In this document: positions 49,994-58,154 of the stretch, in pieces
Numbering within the stretch: the stretch's first letter is position 1
Layout of the letters: every line of letters starts with the position of its first letter
Assembly (NCBI GenBank): GCA_037447435.1
Contig: JBBIGR010000033.1
Span: forward strand, 1 to 58,154
Length of the DNA stretch: 58,154 bases
Source of the DNA: Fibrobacteria bacterium
GTDB lineage: Bacteria; Fibrobacterota; Chitinivibrionia; Chitinivibrionales; FEN-1185
Direction: 5' to 3'
The notes under the pieces: model-generated
Seen by the model: the letters and a program-made list of their open reading frames with translations, nothing else
The model's database searches: none
What the model was told of the DNA's origin: nothing
Program-made: the position numbers and the translations under genes

Positions 49994-50075
49994 ATTACAA
50001 TCCCGGTTTTGAATATTATTTCTTACATTACTGAAAAGAGGTATTTGTTGCTGCCTAAATAAGGAGTAAAAACAT

Positions 50076-51221
50076 ATGCGGATTTTTCAAAACAAGCGTG
50101 GAACCCTGTCGTGTCGTGTGTTTATTTTTCTGGCCATCCTCAATCCGCTCGTTTTTGCCGATTTTACCTTCGGAGTAATCCCCGACACGCAACATTACTC
50201 GCAAACCGACCAGGGCCTTGCGCTGTGGAACGCGGAGATGCAATGGTTTGTCGCACAGAAAGACGCGCTTAATATCGTATTTGTGTCCCACCTCGGCGAT
50301 ATGACAAACGACTGGGCAACAGCCGGCGAATGGACAAGGGCAAAGCAGGCAATGAATATCCTGAAAACCGGCGGCTTGCGTTACAGCGTATGCCAGGGCA
50401 ATCACGACGACATCACCTCGTTGCGCGGTCAGTTTCCGGTAAGCGACTGGCAGGGTAAAGCATGGTTCGGCGGCTATTTTGGCGGAATGGAAAATGCATA
50501 TTATCTTTTTTCCGAAGCGGGAATGGATTTTATCATCGTGGTAATTCAAACCCATGACCAGTTTATCGGTACCTATGACCAGGCATCCATTACTTGGGCC
50601 AACAATCTTTTCAATCAATATTCCAACAGGCGGGCCATCTTTGTCACCCATGACTTTTATGAAAAGAAGAATTTAATCACCGATGTCGTAAAGAAACATG
50701 ATAATATTTTTCTTGCGGTTTGCGGACACTCCTGCGGCAGGGAAGCTAATTGGACCGAAACTTCACCAAGCGGAAACACTATAAACTGCATCATGACCGA
50801 TTACCAGTGCGACGCTCCCGAAACCGGCATTCTCAGATACTACACATTCAAGCCCGCATCGAACCAAATCTGCGCCTATACCTATTCCGCAGGAAACAAG
50901 GCATACGAAACGGATGCGAATTCCCAATTTACCTTTACTTACAAGATGGCAACTACCGGCGCTATGACGCCGACGGCAAAATCTTCCGATACCAGGGAAA
51001 ACGAGTTTTCGGCCGTGGTATCGGGCAATCAGATACTTTTTAGCCATTCCGATTCGATCGAAAGCGTTTCACTTTTTTCCATGAACGGGAAAATGCTTTT
51101 TGACAAGGTGCGATTACACGGAAACGCCCTGACCGCAAATAGGCTGCCCAAAGGAGTCTATACCATCTCCATACAAGACCGACTCGGGCATGTTTCACGG
51201 AACAAAATAGCATCATTTTAG
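50076..51221 (+). CDS. Secreted metallophosphoesterase with a T9SS-type CTD
   Basis: PDTQ, HLGD, GNHD, TH and CGH motifs; C-terminal LPKGVYTI. Confidence 0.88.
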   Translation: MRIFQNKRGTLSCRVFIFLAILNPLVFADFTFGVIPDTQHYSQTDQGLALWNAEMQWFVAQKDALNIVFVSHLGDMTNDWATAGEWTRAKQAMNILKTGGLRYSVCQGNHDDITSLRGQFPVSDWQGKAWFGGYFGGMENAYYLFSEAGMDFIIVVIQTHDQFIGTYDQASITWANNLFNQYSNRRAIFVTHDFYEKKNLITDVVKKHDNIFLAVCGHSCGREANWTETSPSGNTINCIMTDYQCDAPETGILRYYTFKPASNQICAYTYSAGNKAYETDANSQFTFTYKMATTGAMTPTAKSSDTRENEFSAVVSGNQILFSHSDSIESVSLFSMNGKMLFDKVRLHGNALTANRLPKGVYTISIQDRLGHVSRNKIASF

Positions 51222-51401
51222 CATGTCTGGCTGTTGCGGTCGTTGTTTTGGCAAAATCGTGTCCCTGCCCTTGCGCGCCTTCCGCCGGATTACCACTGCG
51301 CCTGGACTAATGAATTAATTTATAGGAAAGACAAGAAAGGCTTATTTTACAGTATATCCGTCTTGCCCATAAACATGATCTGTAAAATGAAATGGAGGCG
51401 T

Positions 51402-52076
51402 ATGGTAAAGGCGCAATTCTTTGTCAAAAGTACGGTCGGCACATTATTCTTTCTCGCAATTTTGTTTATAAGCGCGGGCCGAATGGATTATTTCCCAGGG
51501 TGGATTTATGTATCAATGAGCCTTTTGGGTTTGTTGATGAATTTGATTGCAATTAAAGGAAATACCGACCTGATGAATGAGCGTTCGAAACCGGGAAAAG
51601 ATATTAAGCAGTGGGACAAGGCGCTATTAGGATTATCCGCTCTGATGACCATAGCCATGTATATCGTGGCAGGGCTGGATTCGGGACGGTTTCAATGGTC
51701 GCCGCATTTTAAATGGTATTATTGTATTCTGGGAATAATCATTATGTTTACAGGACAACTTCTTTTTTTAATAGCAAAGAGCCAAAACGCATTTTTTTCC
51801 AGCGTTGCGCGCATTCAAAGCGAAAGGGAACACACTGTTTGCCGGACCGGCCTTTACGCATTCATTCGCCATCCGGGCTATTTAGGGTTGCTGCTTTCTT
51901 TAGCCGGTTTTCCGTTGCTTATCGGGTCGCTTTGGAGTATTATTCCAACGGTTATTGCCGTTGTTTTGCTCATTGAAAGAACCTATCTTGAAGATAAAAT
52001 GCTCGTCACGGAATTGACAGGATATAACGAGTACGCTCAAAAAACACAGTATCGGTTAGTACCGAACATTTGGTAA
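51402..52076 (+). CDS. Isoprenylcysteine carboxyl methyltransferase (PEMT/ICMT) family membrane protein
   Basis: NAFFS, TGLYAFIRHPGY, ED..L..EL.GY.EY...YRLVP; GGAGG RBS. Confidence 0.88.
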   Translation: MVKAQFFVKSTVGTLFFLAILFISAGRMDYFPGWIYVSMSLLGLLMNLIAIKGNTDLMNERSKPGKDIKQWDKALLGLSALMTIAMYIVAGLDSGRFQWSPHFKWYYCILGIIIMFTGQLLFLIAKSQNAFFSSVARIQSEREHTVCRTGLYAFIRHPGYLGLLLSLAGFPLLIGSLWSIIPTVIAVVLLIERTYLEDKMLVTELTGYNEYAQKTQYRLVPNIW

Positions 52077-52112
52077 CGACCGCAAAAAGCGGCCGCAAAA
52101 AAAGGATTAACC

Positions 52113-52541
52113 ATGAAAAAGAATTTCCTGATGTTTATTGTGTTTATCGCAATCGCCTCGTCGTCTTCTAAAGAGAATAATATAAAATGTTTTCCGTTCA
52201 AATTGAAACCCGGCGACACATTGACGATTTCAATGACGGTCCCGCATGAAAAAGAATTGGCGATCACCGATCCGGACGGTACCTGTTTCCTGTTATCGTA
52301 CAATCCGGAATTCAAAACATTGCACAGTCTGCAATTTCCAATTCTCGATTACGACCATTTCGACACGGTAAAAACAGTTGCCTTGGACGTCAACACCGTC
52401 GAAGGATCGCCGTACGCATCCGGAAAAAAGAGTAACGGGAAGATATTTGTTAAGCCGGGAAGATATAAAATATTACTGAGCTCCAATTTTCATTCTGAAG
52501 ATATAAAAGTTTATGAACGCAGCGTTGAATTTGTCAAATAA
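52113..52541 (+). CDS. Hypothetical secreted protein
   Basis: AAGGA RBS and a signal peptide. Confidence 0.7.
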   Translation: MKKNFLMFIVFIAIASSSSKENNIKCFPFKLKPGDTLTISMTVPHEKELAITDPDGTCFLLSYNPEFKTLHSLQFPILDYDHFDTVKTVALDVNTVEGSPYASGKKSNGKIFVKPGRYKILLSSNFHSEDIKVYERSVEFVK

Positions 52542-52586
52542 TTCCGGCGCAATGCACTCATTAAATCGATACCTCCGAGGAAACCC

Positions 52587-52931
52587 ATGTTTCATAAATC
52601 GAACGAAAACGGCTATTCGCAGATTTTGCCCGGCATACGGATTAAAACATTGACGTACGGCAATTCGACGCTGTGTACGGAGTTTAAAATGGAAAAAGGA
52701 AGCGTGTTGCCGAAGCATTCGCATGTCCACGAACAAACGGGATATTTAATAAAAGGAAACGTCGTCCTTACCGTAGGAAACCAAGAATATACGGTAACCC
52801 CGGGAGACAGCTGGTGCATTCCAAGCAAGGTGGAACATTGCGCCCATATTCATTCATATTCCGTGGCTATCGAAGTATTCGCGCCGGTCCGTGAGGATTA
52901 TTTGAAATTTGTACAAGAGAATCCCGTATGA
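52587..52931 (+). CDS. Cupin domain protein
   Basis: PKHSHVHEQ, GDSWCIP..VEH, FAPVREDY. Confidence 0.9.
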   Translation: MFHKSNENGYSQILPGIRIKTLTYGNSTLCTEFKMEKGSVLPKHSHVHEQTGYLIKGNVVLTVGNQEYTVTPGDSWCIPSKVEHCAHIHSYSVAIEVFAPVREDYLKFVQENPV

Positions 52932-52967
52932 TAAATCACGGTTTCACACTCCTCCCCTGCGCTCATT

Positions 52968-53399
52968 ATGGACAAAGATGAATCGGACATAGATGCCGTT
53001 GTCCGGCATCTGCAAACCCAAGTCACCAAACTTATCGACTGTACGAAATGCGCGAATTGCTGTAAAGAAATGGGCCCTCGCCTATCGAAACCGGAAATTA
53101 AGGCAATAGCGGGCTATTTAGGCATTACGCAAAAAAAAGTCATTGCACACTATCTGAAAGAGCGTAAGGACAAAGCGGGAGAATACATGGTGGCAAGAAT
53201 CCCTTGCCCATTCCTGAAAAAGGACCGGTGCGTTATTTACGACGTGCGGCCTCAGAGCTGTCGATCATATCCGAACATCAGAACGGAATTCATCAAACGT
53301 ATTGTCGGCTTTGTCGGAAACTATCCGGTTTGCCCCATCGTTGTTAACGTGTACGATCAATTGAAAACGAAATTTAAGTTCAACGAATTTGTTCAATAG
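52968..53399 (+). CDS. YkgJ-family cysteine cluster protein
   Basis: CTKCANCC, PCPFL, CVIY..RP..CRSYP. Confidence 0.88.
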   Translation: MDKDESDIDAVVRHLQTQVTKLIDCTKCANCCKEMGPRLSKPEIKAIAGYLGITQKKVIAHYLKERKDKAGEYMVARIPCPFLKKDRCVIYDVRPQSCRSYPNIRTEFIKRIVGFVGNYPVCPIVVNVYDQLKTKFKFNEFVQ

Positions 53400-53427
53400 A
53401 AAAACCGTCTAAAGAGGAGCATATTGC

Positions 53428-53991
53428 ATGGCTGGAGAGAAAACGTCGTGGATCAGGGTAATCGTGACGACATTTTTTGGCGCAACAGGCGCGATCCTGA
53501 TCGGCCTGTTGTTTTACCATTTTAAAATGTTTCATTATCATAATGCGGGCTTTTTCATCATTGTCTACGGGATTTCCTTTTCATTTCTATATGCTCATTT
53601 GGAAAGTAATATCAAGCTGAATTACCTTGTTTCGGCGCTGATCGTTTTCATCGCAAACGTCATCGTTTTCAGGCTGCATACCTTTAACTCGATAAGCAGG
53701 GAGTTCGTGTATTTATCGTTATTATCGGGATCGGTTTTTATAATTCATTCAATCGTTTCGGGCAGCTTAAAGGGGAATGCGCTTTTTCGTATTGCCCTTT
53801 GGGGAATTCTCTTCGGAATCGGCTATGCGCTGGCCGCGCCGGTGTTGGCTTTTATTCATCACCATGCGATAGTAAAGCGGGCAATCTTGATCTATTTGCA
53901 GCACGGACTGATACTCGGCACGGGAATAGGTTCGGGACTGGAATTACAAGCGCTTTTAACGACAAAGAATAGTAACAAGAAGTCCAAATAG
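53428..53991 (+). CDS. Hypothetical membrane protein
   Basis: GAGGAG RBS and about 6 hydrophobic segments. Confidence 0.72.
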   Translation: MAGEKTSWIRVIVTTFFGATGAILIGLLFYHFKMFHYHNAGFFIIVYGISFSFLYAHLESNIKLNYLVSALIVFIANVIVFRLHTFNSISREFVYLSLLSGSVFIIHSIVSGSLKGNALFRIALWGILFGIGYALAAPVLAFIHHHAIVKRAILIYLQHGLILGTGIGSGLELQALLTTKNSNKKSK

Positions 53992-53995
53992 AAAC

Positions 53996-54030
53996 AAAAA
54001 AGCCCCGATCGGACGATCGGGGCTTTTTTT
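53996..54030. terminator. Bidirectional intrinsic terminator
   Basis: A6-GCCCCGATCG-ga-CGATCGGGGC-T7 between convergent genes. Confidence 0.88.
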
Positions 54031-54047
54031 TCTGCTATTTACACGGG

Positions 54048-54179
54048 TTATTTCTTACCCTTTTTAGCGACCTTTTTCTTTGCAGGTGCTTTTTTCGCAG
54101 GTGCCTTTTTAGCAACTGTTTTTTTCGCTATAGCCTTTTTCGCGACCTTCTTCTTCGCAACTTTTTTCTTTGCAGCCAT
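54048..54179 (-). CDS. Histone H1-like basic protein (43 aa; not in the ORF track)
   Basis: MAAKKKVAKKKVAKKAIAKKTVAKKAPAKKAPAKKKVAKKGKK, AAGGGG RBS, followed by a terminator. Confidence 0.85.
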   Translation of the reverse strand: MAAKKKVAKKKVAKKAIAKKTVAKKAPAKKAPAKKKVAKKGKK

Positions 54180-54460
54180 TAAGTACCCCTTGTAAATGTG
54201 ATTTGAAACATTGATTAACTTAGTATTAATAATACAGTTTTATAACGGCATTGGCAAGATAAAATTTAAATTATTGTTAAGTTTTTTTATTTTCTCTGTT
54301 TTTTATGCTCTTTAAAATCCCAAAACGACCAAAGGAAGGAAGCGTAAAGGCTCCGCATAAAGACTTTGAAATAGCAGGATGTAAATCACGGTAATTTTTA
54401 GCACGGTGTAAATTAACCGATTCCGCTAATTCATTGGTAATTTTTTTTCTTTCTAAATTT

Positions 54461-54584
54461 CGCATACGAAACACATTTAAGACACGTCGCCGTGGGTCAC
54501 TACAAAAAATTGTGCGGACTGAATTCATAATGAATCGCATTTTATTTTGAGCTTCGCCATTTGTCTTAAGGGGCACTATTGGGT
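54461..54584 (-). other. Degenerate attC-like long imperfect palindrome
   Basis: ACCCAAT...TTAAGACA...central ATTCAT/ATGAAT...TGTCTTAA...GTATGCG, overlapping the upstream gene's stop codon. Confidence 0.4.
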
Positions 54585-54955
54585 TTAATTCTTAGTTTAT
54601 CTTTATTAAACAATATTCTGTCGCGGTAATACACCCTTACTTTAAAACACAGGGAATCCATTGATTTAATCGTAACAGTACCCTTGTCGACAAGATTTTT
54701 GGAGAGATTATTAACTTCGGGTTTAGACCAACTTGAATCTTGGCCGATTAAAAGGTCGCGGTTCGAATACGGAATAGATTGGCCGGTTCCGTTTTTAATT
54801 GTCATTGTGCCAATTAATTTCATCGCCTTTGATTTTGGTATATTGAGTCTTAAACCAATCGACAAACCGTTATGGTTATAGTTAATTGTCGAGACATCAA
54901 AGGAGGAACAAGAGAACAAAAGGGTGATTAACAATAAAAGCGATGCTTTCTTCAC
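54566..54955 (-). CDS. Hypothetical lipoprotein
   Basis: GTG start and lipobox LFSC. Confidence 0.65.
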   Translation of the reverse strand: MKKASLLLLITLLFSCSSFDVSTINYNHNGLSIGLRLNIPKSKAMKLIGTMTIKNGTGQSIPYSNRDLLIGQDSSWSKPEVNNLSKNLVDKGTVTIKSMDSLCFKVRVYYRDRILFNKDKLRIKPNSAP

Positions 54956-54957
54956 AC

Positions 54958-55173
54958 TTACATTTCCTTATCCTGCTCCAAGTACTTTCTCGCTTCAATT
55001 CTCAGTTTGAAATATGAAAAGATAAAGAATATCATGAAAACGATCAGAAGAATCCTGAAATACCCGGGAAGCGGATATTTAATGAAATACCTGTTTGCCA
55101 AAAGTAGCGCGACGACAATCCCGTAAAAACCGAATAATAACCGGATGAACATTTTGATGGTGCTTAATTTCAT
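54958..55173 (-). CDS. Small two-TM membrane protein
   Basis: GAGGA RBS and two hydrophobic helices. Confidence 0.6.
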   Translation of the reverse strand: MKLSTIKMFIRLLFGFYGIVVALLLANRYFIKYPLPGYFRILLIVFMIFFIFSYFKLRIEARKYLEQDKEM

Positions 55174-55385
55174 GACATTCCTCATTGAAACAGTGTTGAA
55201 GGCTAAAAATCCGCTCGCATGATCATGCGGGTAAAATACATCCCTCGGAATTATTTGCAGGGCTATTCACGAGTAAAGATACTTGAAACGCTTTTAACAG
55301 GTTAGAATCGCAGGGCTTTAATAGGTCGATTATTTTTGCCCCACACAAGACCGTCACCTCTATTGTAAAATTGTTTTCGGCATGT

Positions 55386-55952
55386 TTATTTGGATTGGGC
55401 GCCATTCTTGATCATTGCCCGATTTATCATTTCATTGAATTCGGTCTGTAGCTTTTTAGCGGCAATTACACATTCTTGCCTGAAATTCACCCGGTCTTTT
55501 TCGGTAAGATTTTTTTTAACGATAGTGTGGATATCAAAGTACCCGATTTTCATTTTTTTGTCTTGTTTCCTCATTCTAAAACCAATGAGCACGGAATCCT
55601 TTTTCGAAGTAGTAAGCTTATAGATTAACGTATCGCCTATTTCCTGGTGGTTCCAAAATGAAGAATCGGCAGTCGATAGGGTAACCGACATCAATATGCA
55701 GCTATCACACATGGTGAAAGCATTCGCTTTTGTAATTTTTCCCCAGCGATTGTACAATTCGGCGTAAAAGGCCGCTATGATCAGGGAGTCCTGGTTATGA
55801 CTTGCGGTATCTTGATTTTCAGGATATCGATACAGCCCGGCTATGCCCCCGAAATTCTTTGCGTTGAAATATTTTACGAAATTATCCTTAAGCCCGGTTT
55901 GCGAAAAAATGGCGGTTGTAATAAGTATGACAAGGAGAATCGGTTTTACCAT
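55386..55952 (-). CDS. Hypothetical secreted protein
   Basis: Likely start MVKPILLVILITTAIFS (signal peptide). Confidence 0.65.
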   Translation of the reverse strand: MVKPILLVILITTAIFSQTGLKDNFVKYFNAKNFGGIAGLYRYPENQDTASHNQDSLIIAAFYAELYNRWGKITKANAFTMCDSCILMSVTLSTADSSFWNHQEIGDTLIYKLTTSKKDSVLIGFRMRKQDKKMKIGYFDIHTIVKKNLTEKDRVNFRQECVIAAKKLQTEFNEMINRAMIKNGAQSK

Positions 55953-55986
55953 TATTTTTTTCTCTCTTTTAGTACATTTTGTAAAG

Positions 55987-56460
55987 TTAGTATTTTTGTC
56001 CATTTTTATGATAGCATACCCATTTACCGTTCTCTTGCGCGAGCACCAAATCATCGTCGGGGTATGTAACGCCCTCTTCGGGCGTGTTATCGCCTGCTTC
56101 CAAATAAATAACATCTTCCGCAGTATTATTAACGAGGCAATGCGCGTCTTGGGATCCTGCTTTGAAACCCGCGCACATACCCGGCGACAATTGGGTAAAC
56201 CCTTTATTCGTATGAAGCGTCGGGTTCCCTTGCACTATGTAAACGAATTCGTCCTGTTTGGCATGAGCGTGTCTTAGCGCCGAAACCGAATTGGGCAATA
56301 TTCGCGTCAGATTGACGGTGATATTGGTCAGTCCAAAAACACCGCTCAATTGCTTTTTCTCCCGGCCCTTCATCATTGACGCAAAAGGTTCGGGATATAC
56401 CGACGGAGCGGTCCTGATCGGAACATTGTCTGCCACGACGGCGATTTCACTATTGTTCAT
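55987..56460 (-). CDS. Cupin domain protein (COG3837-like)
   Basis: SVYPEPF, SALRHAHAKQDEF, AHCLVN, YPDDDL. Confidence 0.88.
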   Translation of the reverse strand: MNNSEIAVVADNVPIRTAPSVYPEPFASMMKGREKKQLSGVFGLTNITVNLTRILPNSVSALRHAHAKQDEFVYIVQGNPTLHTNKGFTQLSPGMCAGFKAGSQDAHCLVNNTAEDVIYLEAGDNTPEEGVTYPDDDLVLAQENGKWVCYHKNGQKY

Positions 56461-56514
56461 GTTACCTCTCCTTTTATTGATTCAGTATCCAATGAAGTAT
56501 AGCTGAAATAGTTG

Positions 56515-56799
56515 CTAGTTGGTGTTTTTTTGTAATGGTGAAACGGGATTAAACATTGAAAACCCGAAAAAGTAAATCGGCGCGATGACGGTTTCGCATA
56601 AAACAATACCCCAAATAATATTTCCCCAACACGGCTCATACTGTATGCTATCGGAGTAAGTGCTTTTGAAAAGGTTTCTTGGAACGTATTTCGTTGCCAG
56701 GCCGACGGGTTTACGTTCGATTCCATTAATAACCTTTGACTGGCCGCAACCGACAAAAAGCAACAGAGCAACAATTAACAATCCTGAAACAATACGCAT
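56515..56799 (-). CDS. Small membrane lipoprotein (phage-like family)
   Basis: Lipobox VGC; GNIIWGIVLCETVIAPIYFFGF. Confidence 0.65.
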   Translation of the reverse strand: MRIVSGLLIVALLLFVGCGQSKVINGIERKPVGLATKYVPRNLFKSTYSDSIQYEPCWGNIIWGIVLCETVIAPIYFFGFSMFNPVSPLQKNTN

Positions 56800-56835
56800 A
56801 TCACCCTCTTTTGGTTAAAGCTACGGAACCAAATA

Positions 56836-57240
56836 CTATACATTTGCGTTGCCTATTCTTATTTCCAATTTCATAGTATGTAATTGATCAATTAATTTGC
56901 TATCCAAACCTATTGATGCTGCCTCTTTGGTATGGATAACACAATCCAGGATGCAAAAATAGTTCCGTTTATTGAATTTTGCTAAAATTGATTTCTTCGG
57001 CGATAAATTGTCAATCCAATATTTAATCTGCTTTTCCAAATTTTCATTTTCATATTCTTTTTCTATGAATTTTTTCCAGCCGCTCCATTTGTATTTACTT
57101 GTTTTGGTTCCAATTTTCTTAGCCTGGCCTTGTTTCCAAATTTGATCCGGTTTTAAGCCAAGTTCTTGTGTAATTGAATCGGGATCAAAACGTTCCCCCA
57201 GAACCATGAACGTTACATTGCATGAATATTCTTTTTTCAT
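56836..57240 (-). CDS. DUF4279-like protein
   Basis: FDPDSITQELGLKP..WKQG motif; AGGAG RBS. Confidence 0.75.
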   Translation of the reverse strand: MKKEYSCNVTFMVLGERFDPDSITQELGLKPDQIWKQGQAKKIGTKTSKYKWSGWKKFIEKEYENENLEKQIKYWIDNLSPKKSILAKFNKRNYFCILDCVIHTKEAASIGLDSKLIDQLHTMKLEIRIGNANV

Positions 57241-57805
57241 TTTCTCCTATTTTCCCAATTACACATGTTGTCTTATTTTAAAGCCACAGCAATCTTCCAA
57301 GGCGAAATATCTTATCGTCCGATTATTGAAAAAATCCCACACCATAGTACTTCTATAAAATATAAATATGTACAGTCGGTATATCTTGTAGGAATTGTTA
57401 GAACCCGTTTATTTTTCACAAGAATTTTGCACTCGGCTTTTATATCGATATTTTCAGAACATTCTTTATAAAAACGTACTCCGATCGTTACTTTAGCGCG
57501 AATGGCTCCGACGCCGGGCATATCGGTTCAATTAAAATCGGAATCCTTTTTTCCATGAAAACTGAGGCATTGAACAAATAAGTTTTTCAATCCAATGCAC
57601 GTGAAGAATATTGCCTAAGCCGATCGATCTTTACAATATTCCTTTAACTCTCCAAAATCGCTTTACCCATACCACATAAACCTTGCCATTTTTGAGTGGA
57701 ACACCTAATTTATTTAAGGTAGCCTCTTTGCAATTTATTTTTTAGAACAAGTTCGGTAACTAATAAATAGTATTACCCATAGTTAATTCTTAAAAGGAAA
57801 TAAAA

Positions 57806-58099
57806 ATGAAACAAGCCTTATTTTTTGCTGCATTCCTTGTTTGTTGTTCTCCAAATTCAAATGTGGAAAACAATTTAATAGGAAAATGGAATAATTCTTC
57901 TGTTATATTTGCAACAAAAATAGATGCAACAAATCATTATAATGTTTTTACATGGGACACGGTAAATTTTGTGCAGGAAATCCAATTTAATGCAACACAG
58001 TTTACTTTGTCTTATACAGAAGATTACAAAACCAATAAAAATTACAATCTCAATTATGCTATCACCTGTAAGTATACAAAGTCTAACGATACTTTAAAC
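57806..58099 (+). pseudogene. Lipocalin-like lipoprotein truncated by an IS end
   Basis: Lipobox, LIGKW and NDTL motifs. The AT-rich frame switches to unrelated sequence at 58100. Confidence 0.55.
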
Positions 58100-58154
58100 G
58101 GGGCATCGCGCGTTTCTGTGGGTAGCCCCAACAGGTTGTGTTTAGAGTCATAAT
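58100..58154. mobile_element. Probable ISL3-family terminal inverted repeat at the contig edge
   Basis: GGGGCATCGCGCGTTTCTGTGGG resembles IS1001-type ends as I recall them (GGTTCATCGCGC...). It is preceded by the AT-rich 8-mer CTTTAAAC. Confidence 0.4.

Noticed and set aside
54277..54576. 99-aa minus-strand ORF
   Set aside because: It runs through the attC-like palindrome, overlaps the upstream gene and has no recognisable features.
57265..57740. Short ORFs in the AT-rich gap
   Set aside because: No convincing RBS or motifs; probably decayed sequence.
1..58154. tRNA, rRNA, riboswitch or CRISPR array
   Set aside because: None was recognised by eye. An Rfam scan would be needed to exclude divergent ncRNAs.

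Overview
A 58 kb stretch of bacterial chromosome, probably a whole contig, since both edges run into what look like IS terminal repeats. A TIGR02147-type protein, several secreted proteins with T9SS/FlgD-like C-terminal domains, DUF2341-LamG repeats and a flagellin together suggest a flagellated Fibrobacterota member (Chitinivibrionia/Chitinispirillia-like; inference). There are about 55 genes and no rRNA, tRNA or CRISPR. They include five radical SAM enzymes, three orphan histidine kinases, a Hanks kinase, a XylR-type sigma54 activator, a 2833-aa secreted lectin-like protein, a two-domain alpha/beta hydrolase, a vapBC pair with a frameshifted toxin, a decayed TMTC-like glycosyltransferase and an AT-rich block of short genes with decayed attC-like sites. 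The best candidate for an undescribed system is at 29249-31734 (-): a radical SAM/SPASM enzyme with an RRE-like N-terminus, a 59-aa membrane-anchored peptide with a GYNPNSSS motif, and a translationally coupled membrane protein. Other highlights are a complete sigma54 promoter/IHF/UAS architecture, GTATAC sites clustered around the TIGR02147 gene, a sigma28 plus CsrA-type flagellin leader, and an unannotated 43-aa histone-H1-like protein. All family calls come from motif recognition by eye; no database search was run.
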